Origin: Azolla caroliniana
Taxonomy: Eukaryota; Plantae; Polypodiophyta
Direction: 5' to 3'
Length of the DNA stretch: 64,000 nucleotides
Assembly: GCA_043228905.1 (NCBI GenBank)
Contig: JBHGNT010000011.1
Coordinates: 22,180,349 to 22,244,348, forward strand
In this document: positions 51,696-63,200 of the stretch, in pieces
How positions within the stretch are numbered: the first letter of the stretch is position 1
How the letters are laid out: each line of letters opens with the position of its first letter
Program-made: the position numbers and the translations under genes
Notes under the pieces: generated by a model
The model's database searches: none
The model's input: the letters and a program-made list of their open reading frames with translations, nothing else
Told to the model about the DNA's origin: nothing

Positions 51696-51959
51696 CCGGG
51701 TACTCGTCATCCAGTTCTCACCGGGTCTTCCGTTGCCGGGTACTCGTCATCCAGTTCTCACCGGGTCTTCCGTTGCCGGGTACTCGTCATCCGGTTCTCA
51801 CCGAGTCTTCTGTTGCCGGGTACTCCACATCCGGTTCTCACCGGGTCTTCCGTTGCCGAGTACTCCACATCCGGTTCTCACCGGGTCTTCCGTTGCCGGG
51901 TACGCCACATCCGGTTCTCACCGGTCTTCCGTTGCCGGGTACTCCACATCCGGTTCTCA
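51696..51959. repeat. Six full plus one partial 40-bp tandem units in the second LTR
   Basis: Same unit; full copies start at 51721, 51761, 51801, 51841, 51881 and 51921. Confidence 0.93.
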
Positions 51960-52698
51960 CCGGGGCTTCTCACTTCCCATCCGGAGGGACCTGTTTCCTA
52001 ACACTTATCTTGTTGCTCTCTAATTGAGGGCTCATACTAGTGGTAAAGTCTCACATATGGTAAGTACCTAGTTAATTTTGTTTATGAGACAAAATCTTAG
52101 AGTATTATTAGGTTTTTGTTTTAGTGGTTATTTTATGTATTAGTGACTCAATTGTGGTTAGTTTATGTAATTGTGATTGGAACTCACACTCTTGCCAACA
52201 AAAGGACAGATGGTGGTACATTCCTTCACATCGATCTTGAGGTAATTCTCCAAAAGAACACCCATCTAAGAAGTAGTTTTTTGCAAGAAACATTAACAAA
52301 TTTGTACATGGATGCTTTAAATATCGTCCTATGACATATCAAGTACTTATTTTTTACTACTAAAACATACCTTAAAGCTATAAATGGCATCGTACTTTGA
52401 TCCTCAACTCCTAAATAGGAATAGATGGCAAGGTTGTGCATATACATTTGATTTATCATAATTAAATACAAACCAACAATGTCATAGAGAGTTTATGTGT
52501 TTGTGCGAGAGTATTCTTCTTCTTCTGGTGGAATTGGAGTAAATATTCGAAAAGCCGTTTTTTTAAAATCGTATAATCACATAAATGCATCATTACATCA
52601 CATTGTTTTCTCAAGTTGAATACCATATATGAACATCTATCGATTAAAAAGACAAGAGGATGATTGTTCGGAGTTCCCTTAAACGTTGACACAAAATG

Positions 52699-55421
52699 TG
52701 TTAGGGTTTTGTCCATCCTAATAGGAGAAGTTGGCAATCAAATTGGAGGAGTCGACAAGTTGAATTTAGGATGGTCGATCGGATCGACCAACTAGTCGAC
52801 TTGGTAGTCGATGGATGGATGATCCAAGTGAAAGACTAGGCCGACTAGTTGGGTAGATTTGATGGTCGAAGACAAGGCCGACTAGTCGGGCCGATCAGAT
52901 GGTCGATGACAAAGTTTGCCAGTCGGACCGGCTGGATAGCCGACATAGGAGTCGGCTAGTTGAAGCAATTGAAATGTTGACTTGTGAGTCTGATAGTCGA
53001 GTCGACCAGTCGGCCGATTAACTACTATTATTCTAATATTATAATAACTTGTTTCTTATATAAATATGCGGAGCTAGGGCAAACTTTAAGTTGTTAAGGT
53101 GTAGAACACAATAGTGCATATAGATAGGGCGTATACAGAGAGAGTAGGAAGTAGACAAGAGTGTGAGTGAAGGAAGGCATAATGAGTGATACTTCCATCA
53201 AAACCCTAAGTGGTGGATACTCCGTTTTGCAGAGTTTTGTAATATGTTTTCCCTCTTGTATCTCTTATATATATATAGTGAAAATCTGTTGCCCCGTGAT
53301 TTTCCATGTTGTAGGGTTTCCACATAAACGCGAGTGTGTATTTTGTATTTTGTATTTTGTTTTGTATTTTTTCAGTCCATCTTTCTCATAAATCTACGGT
53401 CCTAAACTCAACAAACTGGTATCAGAGCTTTGAGGTGCAAGATGGAAGGAGGTGTGAGTGGTTTTCAAGGAATGATAATGACCTTGAACTCACACAATTT
53501 CGCAGACGGGAAGATCAAGATGGAAGATATTCTGATAGTCACAAACCTGTGCGAGCCCATAGATAGGAGTGAAATACCCATAGGGGTATTGGAGTGTGAG
53601 TGGAAGCTCTGAAACAGGAAGGCAGTGGCCACCATCATACAGTGTGTAGACGTGAGTGTCCTACAACATTTGGCTAATGACACAAATTGTCAGGCTTGTA
53701 CGATAGGAAAAATGCTCTCAACAAAGCTTCTCTGATGAGAAAGATTGTGATACTGAAGTACAAAGATGGAGAAAGCATAGTAGTACACATCAATACCTTC
53801 ATGGAGTTAATGAATCAACTTACAACAACAAAGTTTCCCCTAGACGACGCTCTACAGGCTCTATTGCTGATGTGTACCTTGTCAGACACCTTGGAGAACC
53901 AAGTGGTGTCTCTCAGTGCCTCGTGCCAAGAAGAAAACTTGTCCTTCAAATGGTAAAGACAAGTATCCTAAACGAGGAGACAAGAAGGAAGGACAAGGGT
54001 GTCTTGTCCTAGTAAGAGGCAAACCTGGCACAACATCTCAGAAGAGGAAGAAGTAAACACAGAAGCCCACAAAAGAGAGACAAGTCTCATGTCAGGTCTA
54101 AGTCCAGAGGAAAACTCACTTGTTTTTACTGTGCAAAACTTGGACACTTCCAAAATGACTGTTGACACCTTAAGAAAGACAAAGGTGCTTTGAAAGATGT
54201 CGAAACCAGAAATATCTCTAAGGAGAAGGGCACTTCAATTGTAGCTACCAATGAGCAAATGAAGAGTGCACTTGGGTGATTGACTCCGGTGTATCGTTCC
54301 ATTTAACTCCCTTGAGAGAATGTTTCTCATCTTACACAGCTGGTGACCATGGCTATGTAAAAATGGGAGATTATGGAGCATGCAACATAACCGACATCAG
54401 AAGTGTATGTTTGACAACATTGATTGGTTGTAGGCCGATTCTAAGGGATGTTCGACATGTGCCAGATATCAAGTTGAATCTGATATCGACTGGAAGATTG
54501 GACAATGAGGGCTACAGTGGTAGCTTTCAAAATGGCATGTGGAAGTTATGTAAGGGAAGTCTCATAGTGGCTTGAGCACAAAAACAAGGCACATTGTATG
54601 TGATGTATGCTAAGTTTTGCAAGGATGAAGCAAATGTGGCAGTTGACTCAAATGGGGATCTATGGCATAAGCGGCTTAGTCACATGAGTGAGAGAGGCAT
54701 ACATATTCTGGCTGACGAGAAATGTGTAGATTGCATGGTCGGAAAGCAAAACAAAGTTGCATTTAACTCAAGACCACCAAAGAGAAGAGAATGTGCACTA
54801 GAGTTAGTCCACATGGATGTATGTTATGTGGATGTCCAACACATTGAGGTAGAAAATATTTTGTAACATTCATTGACGACTACAACAGAAAGTTGTGGGC
54901 TTTTGTGCTAAAGTGGAAAGACCAAGTGTTGCCGGTCTTTAAGCAATTTCATGTCAGAGTTGAAAGAGAGTCTGGAAGAAAGTTGAAGGTTGTTCAAACC
55001 GACAATGGTGACAAATACAAAGGACAGTTCGAGGAGTATTGCAAAAATCAAGGCATAAAACTAGAATATACAGCGCCTAAGACCCCTGAATTGAATGGTT
55101 TTGCAAAGAGGATGAATCTAACGATAATGGAAAGAGTGAGGTGCATGTTGTCACATGCAAAGCTTCCAAAGTCATATTGGGTTGAAGTTATGTTGACAAC
55201 AGTCTATTTGATTAACAGGTCTCCCTTGGTGCCCCTGAAAGGTGATGTCCCACAACATGTGTGGATAGGTAAAGATGTGTCCTGTCAACACTTGAAAGAG
55301 TTCGGATGCCTATCGTATATGCATGTAGCTAAGGATTAGAGGTCGAAGCTCGAAAGCAAGTCAAAACCATGCATATTTCTGGGGTACTTTGAGGATGAAT
55401 CCATCTACAAACTTTGGGATT
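52699..55421 (+). mobile_element. Old Ty1/copia (Tnt1/Tork-like): 5' LTR 52699-53413, tRNA-iMet PBS, degenerate gag-protease-integrase, cut by a nested insertion
   Basis: tgttagg...caaca LTR; TGGTATCAGAGC at 53417-53428; MEGGVSGFQGM gag from 53442; IDSGVSFH protease; LWHKRLSH; TDNG..Y; TPELNG; many stops. LTR start inferred from similarity to the other LTRs. Confidence 0.85.
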
Positions 55422-55424
55422 TGT

Positions 55425-58400
55425 TGTGAAATACGCGGAATAATCTCCGGTCACAACCGAAGCGTAGATCACTTGATAACAATCAAACACAACAGAAATG
55501 GGAATGGAGGTAAGTACCTGAACATAAAAGAGAATACACAGGATGTTAACGTGGAAAACCCTTAGAGGGAAAAACCACGGGAGTCCACAAACTCCAAACT
55601 ATCACTATGCCAATAATTACAACAGGGAGCATAGAGGCAACGACCTCCTGCTCACGATCTTCGCCTGGCGGCAGTTACAACAGAGACATGCTCTGTATCG
55701 CTCTCTTTGTCTCTTTCTCTGTCTCTCTCTCTGTACAGTCGTTACACCAAAATTACATACACCATAACTACTGAGTTTGCCCTAGGTCATATTTATACTA
55801 ATATGACTTTCAGATATTTACAAAATATAGCCCTAGTGGGCTCTCTGGAACATATTTACATATATGTCCCTTCATCCGGTGAGAGGTTCTCACCGGGCTG
55901 ACATCATCCGGTTCTCATCGAGTCTTCCGATGCCGGGCCTGCAACATCCGGTTCTCACCAGGTCTTCCTTGCCGGGTACTCGTCATCTGGTTCTCACCGG
56001 GTCTTCCGTTGCCGGTTACTCGACATCCAGTTCTGACCGGGTCTTCCGTTGCCGGGTACTCCACATCCGGTTCTCACTGGGTCTTCTCACTTCCCATTCG
56101 GAGGGACCTGTTTCCTAACAAACTCCCCCTTCACTCCGGCATGGGATGTCTTACTAGTCTGATCCGCTTCCGACATGCATCCAGCTTGTCGGGTATCAGT
56201 ACTTTGGTCAACATAGCTGACCCGTTCTCGGCAGTGTGGATCTTCGTCAGCGCGAACTCTCGATCTTCTACTCGCTCCCGGATCCAGTGATACCTACGCT
56301 GGATGTGCTTCGTCCTGGAATGGTACGCTGCGTTCTTAGCAAGGTGGATGGCACTTTGACTGTCGCAATAGAGCCGGTATTCGTCTTGTCGGATCCCTAG
56401 CTCTTCAATGAAGTCCTTCATCCATAGTATTTCCTTGTCGGCTTCCACAACCGCCTAGTACTCCGCTTCTGTGGTTGACAACGCAACCGTCTTCTGCAGC
56501 CTCGACTGCCATGAAACAACTCCCCCTGCATATGTCATTACATACCCGGATGTAAACTGGATGGTATCCACATCAGCTGACATGTCCGAATCGGTAAAAC
56601 CATCAAGTTGAGGTTTACTGGAGCCGAATCAGAGACACATATTTGAAGTGCCCTTCAAGTACCGGAGTATCCATTTGACCGCGTTCCAATGCTCCTTGCC
56701 AGGATTGCTCATAAACCGGCTCACCACTCTGACTGTGTATCCAATATCCGGTCGAGTACACACCACTGCGTACATCAAGCTCCCAACGGCAGAGGCATAT
56801 GGAACCTTCATCATATCCGCCTTCTCGGGTTTTGTCTTCGGGCTTTGCTTACCGGATAGTCTGCAGTTTGCCGGGAGTGTTTATCCGACCGGTTTTGCTT
56901 CTAGCATGTTGAACCGATGAAGCACCTTTGTCACGTATTTCTCCTGTGACAACCACAATTGTTTCTTTGACCGGTCCCGAATGATGTGCATCCCCAGTAT
57001 CTATCTTGCCGGGCCCAAGGCTTTCATTGAGAAAGTTTGGTTGAGAGCCTTCTTCAACATCTGTATTTTGGCTTGGTCTCGTTCGACGATCAACATGTCG
57101 TCCACGTACAGAAGCAGTATCAGGGAGTCGCCTCCTTCGAACTTCTTCACAAACACGCAATGATCGGTTTGTGTTTTGTGATACCCTTGGTCGGTCATGA
57201 AGGAGTCGAACTTCCGGTACCATTGACGGGGAGCCTGGTTCAGTCCGTACAGGCTCTTCTTCAACCGGCAAACCAGGTGCTTCTTCCCTTTCTCCACGAA
57301 TCCTTCCGGTTGCTGCATGTAGATCTCCTCTTCGAGGTCACCGTGAAGGAATGCCGTCTTCACGTCTAATTGCTCTACCTCGAGGTCCATGCTTGCCGAT
57401 ATACTGAGCACCGTCCGGATGGAAGTCATCTTTACTACCGGGGCAAATATCTCGTCGAAGTCCACGCCCTTCTTTTGTTGGAACCCCTTCACCATGATCC
57501 TGGCTTTGTACCTTGGAGGGTTGCCAGCATCTCCCGGTTTCAACTTGTACACCCACTTGTTTCGGAGTGCCCTCTTTCCTTTCAGCAACTCCACCAATTC
57601 ATACGTGTGGTTCTCATGCAGGGAATCCATCTCGTCCTGCATGGCACTCAACCACTTGCGGCTATTGGTGTCATCCTTCGCTTCTTCGAAGCTTTCCGGT
57701 TCCCCCTCATCGGTCAGCAGCACATGCTCTGCATCTGGAAATCTCTAGGGGGCCCTTCTCTCTCTGAGAGGATATCTCCGTCTTTGGCTTTCGACAACCG
57801 GCTCCTCTATTTGCTCTTCATCCGAATCCGATTCGGTGTCTTGGCCAGTTCCGGTTTCACCTATTCCTTCTTCCTCGGCCTGTTTTGTCTCCTTACCGTC
57901 ACCGGCTGGTTCATCGAGTGCTAACCGGACTCTTGCCGGTTGGGTCTGCTCATCGTAGGATCCTTACCGGTCGACTGAGAGTTCATTATCTTCTTCTCCG
58001 ATTCCCAGTCGGCGAGCGTCTTGTCCTCCATGAAGATAATATCTCGACTCCGGAATACCTTCTTGTCGACCAGGTCCCACACTCGGTAGGCGAACTCATC
58101 GTCGCCGTAACCGAGGAATATGCATGGCCGGGTCTTTGGATCCAACATTCCTCTCCGGTCCTTAGCTACATGCATGTACACGAGACACCCGAACACCTTT
58201 AGATGTCGGTAGGACACTTCCTTACCGGTCCATACTCTTTGCGGCGTGTCTCCGTTCAAGGGTACTGAGGGTGATCTGTTTATCATGTACGTCGCTGTCG
58301 ACAGTGCCTCAGCCCAAAACATCTTGGGTAGTTTAGCATGTGCTAGCATACTCCGGACCCTCTCCATTATGGTCCGGTTCATCCTCTTTGCTAGCCCGTT

Positions 58401-59021
58401 TAGTCCTGGCGTCTTCGGCACGGTAAATTTGAGCCGGATTCCCTTCGAGCGGCAGTACTCCTCGAACTGCCCCTAGTATTCTCCTCCATTATCTGCTCGA
58501 ACCGCCTTCAGCTTCCAGCCGGTTTATCTTTCCACTCTCGTGTGGAGCTCTTTGAAGACGGATAACACCTGATCCTTCGTCTTCAATGGTGTGGCCCACA
58601 ACTTCCGGCTATGGTCATCTATGAACTTCACGAAGTACTGCGATCCGGCATGTGACTTCGTGTCCACTTGACACACATCAGTATGCACCAACTCCAGTGG
58701 TGCATTACGTCTCATCGGTGGCTTTGATCGGAAGGAGGTCCAGTTTTGCTTACCGGCAAGGTAGTCGGTGCACCTCTCAAGATGCACGTTCTTCACTGGA
58801 ATGAGGTTGTCATCGGCAAGCCTTTTCATCCTCTTCACGCTCATGTGACATAATCTCTTGTGCCACAGCTCACCGGCAGTGTCGGAAGCTACGTTCACTT
58901 CTTCTGGGCATAATCGGGCATTCATCAAGTACAACGTGTTAACCTTCCGGGCCCGAGCCACTATCAGGCTCCCTTTGCTGAATTTCATGACTCCGTTCCG
59001 GATGCTACCCGTGTAGCCTTC
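55425..59021 (-). mobile_element. Nested Ty1/copia: 3' LTR ~55425-56120, PPT, and RNaseH-RT-integrase with stops and frameshifts
   Basis: YCDSQSAIHLAKN, SAVGSLMYA, LLYVDDMLI, QLDVKTAFLHGDL, ELVHTDVC, LWHKRLCH; left end is either 55422 or 55425. Confidence 0.92.
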
Positions 59022-59205
59022 TGTTGGGAAACAGGTCCCTCCGGATGGGAAGGAAGAAGAACAGTGCCGATGAACAAACTCGGCCGAGGCCGAATCCGTA
59101 TGAGGAGGACCCGGCTATGGAGAGCTGGATGGTGCAGACCCGGTATGAACCGGATGAGGAGTACTCGGCTACGGAGAGCTGGATGGTGCAGGCTTGGTAT
59201 GAACC
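59022..59205 (+). mobile_element. Start of a further copia LTR (two 54-bp repeats), cut by the next insertion
   Basis: Begins tgttgggaaacaggtccctccggatggg, matching the LTR starts at 52003 and 56120 read on the - strand. Confidence 0.75.
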
Positions 59206-60235
59206 TGTTGGGATTTCGGTCTCTCCGGATGGGATGTCCCCGGAGATAAATGACGGCAAGCCCGGTTGCGGTTACGGAGCCGGATGATGAAGACCCGGTT
59301 ACGGAGCCGGATGCTGAAGATCCCGGTTACGGAGCCGGATGACGAATGTACCCGGAGAGAGATCCGGATGCGGGGACATATTTGTGAATATGTTTGCCAA
59401 GAGCCCTTGAGGCTATATTTTGTAAATAGCCCGAAAGTCATATGTGTATAAATATGACTTAGGGCAAACAGTTTATGTTGCTACTCATTTTTTTCTGTTT
59501 TTCCACTCAAGAGGAGTGAAGAGAGAGAGCAGCCGAGAGAGAGAGAGAGAGAGATAGAGCGCGAGAGAGGAAGAGGTAGACACCTCTGTATATTTCCGCC
59601 GCCTGTGGCGAGGACAGCGAGCTCAAGGTTGTCGCCTTGCAGCTCGCCATTGTATACTTCTCTGTATAGTGTTGGTTTGGAGTCTTGGACTCCCGTGGTT
59701 TTTCCCGTCTAGGGTTTTCCACGTTAATCCCTGTGTATTCGTGTGTTTCTCTCTGTGGTTCCTATTTTCTGCTGCATTGATTCGCGATTACTCGGTTGTG
59801 GCCGAGTGGTGAAGGTGAATCGAAGCGTCGATTCCCAACAATCTGGTATCAGAGCGACGGTAACACAGAAAATGGAAGGCGGCGGTAGTGGGCCTCCGGG
59901 CATGATGGTGTTGAACTCACAGAACTACGCCGACTGGAAGATAAAGATGGAAGACCTTCTCATCGTCCGAGACCTGTACGAACCAATCGACAATGCCGAG
60001 ATACCCAAGGGGGTAATAGAGTCGGAGTGGAAGCTCCTGAACCGGAAAGCCGTAGCGACGATCCGGCAATATGTCGATGTAAGTGTCCTGCAACATGTGG
60101 CGAACGATACGAACGCCTATGAGATGTGGAAGAAGCTGTCGGGCCTCTATGAGAGGAAGAATGCGTTGAACCGGACCTCCCTGATGAGGAAGATAGTGAA
60201 CCTCAAGTATCGGGACGGCGAGAATATGGTGGAAC
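59206..60235 (+). mobile_element. Nested Ty1/copia: 5' LTR 59206-59840, iMet PBS, and the first ~120 codons of gag
   Basis: tgttggga...cccaaca; TATA-like tataaat near 59446; TGGTATCAGAGC at 59844-59855; MEGGGSGPPGMMVLNSQNYADWKIKMEDLL from 59872. Confidence 0.9.
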
Positions 60236-63200
60236 TGTTGAAAACGGTGCTCGGCCACAACCGAGGAATAGGATCAACTCACAGAAAATGGGAAATACAA
60301 AGTACACGAAGACAATAGAGAGAAGAGTACACAGGATATTTTACGTGGAAAACCCTAAATGGGAAAAAACCACGGGAGTCCTCAAACTCCAACTATCACT
60401 ATGAACAGAGATGTACAATGGTGAAGCTTCAAGGCAACAACCTTGAGCTCACTGTCTTCGCCACAGGCGGCGGTAATACACAGAGGCAACGACCTCTTCG
60501 TCTCTCTCTATCTCTCGGCTGCTCTCTTCACTCTCTCTAAGTGAAAACACAAAATGAGCAACAACCGCGCTAAAACTGTTTGCCCTAAGTCATATTTATA
60601 CACATGTGACTTTCGGGTTAATTACAAATATAGCCTCAAGGGCTCTTGGCAAACATATTCACAAATATGTCCCCGCATCCGGATCTCTCTCCGGGTACAT
60701 TCATCATCCGGCTCTGTAACCGGGATCTTCATCATCCGGCTCCGTAACCGGGGTCTTCATCATCCGGCTCCGTAGCCGGGGTCTTCATACTGGGTACTCT
60801 TCATTTCCGGTGAGTACTCTCACCGCGCCTGTATCTTCATCCGGTTCCGTAACCGTAACCGGGCTTACCGTCATTCATTTCCGGACATCCAACCATCCCA
60901 GCCGGAGGGACCGTAATCCCAACAAACTCCCCCTTCACTTCGGCATGGGATGTCTCTCCAATCCGATCCTCTTCCGGCATGCTTCCAGCTTGTCGGGTGT
61001 GAGCACTTTGGTTAGCATATCTGACCCGTTCTCGTCCGTGTGAATCTTCGTCAGCACGAACTCCTGGTCTTCTATCCTTTCCCGGATCCAGTGATATCTT
61101 CGCTGGATGTGCTTCGTCCGGGAATGGTAGGCCGCGTTCTTCGCAAGGTGGATGGCACTCTGACTGTCGCAGTAGAGTCGGTACTCCTCTTGCCGGATAC
61201 CGAGCTCTCTAATGAAGTCCTTCATCCATATTATTTCCTTGCCGGCCTCAACAGCCGCCATGTACTCCGCCTCCGTGGTTGACAACGCAACCGTCTTCTG
61301 CAGCCTCGACTGCCACGAAACGGCTCCCCCTGCATAGGTCATCACATACCCGGATGTGGACCGGCTGGTATCCGCATCAGCCGACATGTCCGAATCGGCA
61401 AATCCATCGAGTTCGGGCTTACCGGAGCCGAATCGGAGGCACATGTTCGAAGTGCCCTTTAAGTATCGGAGTATCCATTTGACCGCGTTCCAGTGCTCCT
61501 TGCCGGGATTGCTCATGTACCGGCTCACCACTCCGACTGCATATCCTATGTCCGGTCGGGTACACACCATTGCGTACATCAAGCTCCCGACGGCAGAGGC
61601 ATATGGTACTTTCATCATGTCCTCCTTCTCAGCCTTTGTCTTGGGGCTTTGCTTGCTGGACAACTTGCAGTTTGCCGGGAGGGTTGACCCGACCGGTCTT
61701 GCTTCCGACATGTTGAACCGTTGAAGCACCTTTGTCACGTACTTCTCCTGTGACAGCCACAACTGCTTCTTCCTCCGGTCCCGGATGATGTGCATCCCTA
61801 GTATTTGCCTCGCCGGACCCAAGTCCTTCATTGAGAAGGTTCGGTGAAGAGCCTTCTTCAGCATCCGTATCTTGACCTGGTCCCGTCCGACGATCAACAT
61901 GTCGTCCACGTACAGGAGGAGTATCAGGAATTCTCCTCCTTCGAACTTCTTCACAAACACGCAGTGATCGGACTGCGTTTTGTGGTACCCTTCGTCTGTC
62001 ATGAAGGAGTCGAACTTCCGGTACCATTGCCGGGGAGCCTGCTTCAGTCCGTAAAGGCTCTTCTTCAACCGGCATACCAGGTGCTCCTTCCCTTTCTTCT
62101 CGAATCCTTCCGGTTGCCGCATGTAGATCTCTTCTTCGAGGTCACCGTGAAGGAATGCCGTCTTCACGTCCATCTGTTCTACCTCGAGGTCCATGCTTGC
62201 CGCTATGCTCAGCACCGTCCGGATGGAGGTCATCTTCACTACCGGGGCAAATATCTCGTCGAAGTCGACGCCCTTCTTCTGCTGAAACCCCTTCACCACG
62301 ATCCTGGCTTTGTATCTCGGGGGGTTTCCGGCATCTCCCGGTTTCAGCTTGAACACCCACTTGTTACGAAGTGCCCGTTTTCCTTTCGGCAACTCCACAA
62401 GTTCATATGTGTGGTTCTCATGCAGGGATTCCATCTCCTCCTGCATTGCACTTAGCCACCTGCGGCTATGGGTGTCATGCTTCGCTTCTTCAAAGCTCTC
62501 CGGCTCCCCCTCGTCAGTTAGCAGCACGTGCTCTGGTTCCGGAAATCTCCGGGGGGCCCTTCTCTCTCTTAGAGGATATCTCCGTTCCGGAGCTTCGGTA
62601 ACCGGTTCTTCCGATTCTTCTTCATCCGAATCCATTTCGGGATCGGGGCCGGTTCCGGTATCGTTTTCATCTTCTTCGGCCGGTTCTGTTTCTTCACCGT
62701 CTTCGGCTGGATCTTCGAGTGTTAACCGGTCCCTTGCCGGTCGGGACTGCTCTTTGTAGAGTCGATCCTCACCGGTCGACTTGGAGCTCTTCATCTTCTT
62801 CTCCGACTCCCAGTCGGCGAGTGTCTTGTCCTCCATGAAGATGATATCTCGACTCCTAGATATCTTTTTGTCGACCGGGTCCCATACTCGGTAGCCGAAC
62901 TTGTCGTCGCCGTAACCGAGGAATATGCATGGCCGGGTCTTTGGATCTAACTTTCCTCTCCGGTCCTTTGCCACATGCACGTATGCGAGACACCCGAACA
63001 CCTTCAGATGCCGGTAGGATACTTCCCTACCGGTCCACACTTTCTGCGGCGTGTCTCCGTCCAAAGGTACTGAGGGTGATCTGTTAATCACGTATGTCGC
63101 CGTCGACATTGCCTCAGCCCAAAACCCCTTGGGTAATTTCGCATGCGCCAGCATACTCCGGACCCTCTCCATTATGGTCCGGTTCATCCTCTCGGCCAGC

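Larger units (their letters stand above)
50766..52003 (-). mobile_element. Ty1/copia internal-deletion derivative: complete 3' LTR (50766-51501), PPT, ~60 bp of pol, partial 5' LTR (51582-52003); 5-bp TSD CTTAT
   Basis: TG...CA ends; CTTAT at 50761-50765 and 52004-52008; PPT complement aactcccccttc at 51502; homologous to 55425-56190. Confidence 0.9.

Noticed and set aside
51177-52027. Repetitive ORFs up to 274 aa and a superficially CRISPR-like array
   Set aside because: These are translations of head-to-tail 40-bp LTR repeats; there are no unique spacers or cas genes and the context is eukaryotic.
59743-60318. 191-aa ORF with a novel-looking C-terminus
   Set aside because: Gag reads through into an inserted inverted LTR at 60236, and the N-terminal extension is LTR/PBS sequence.
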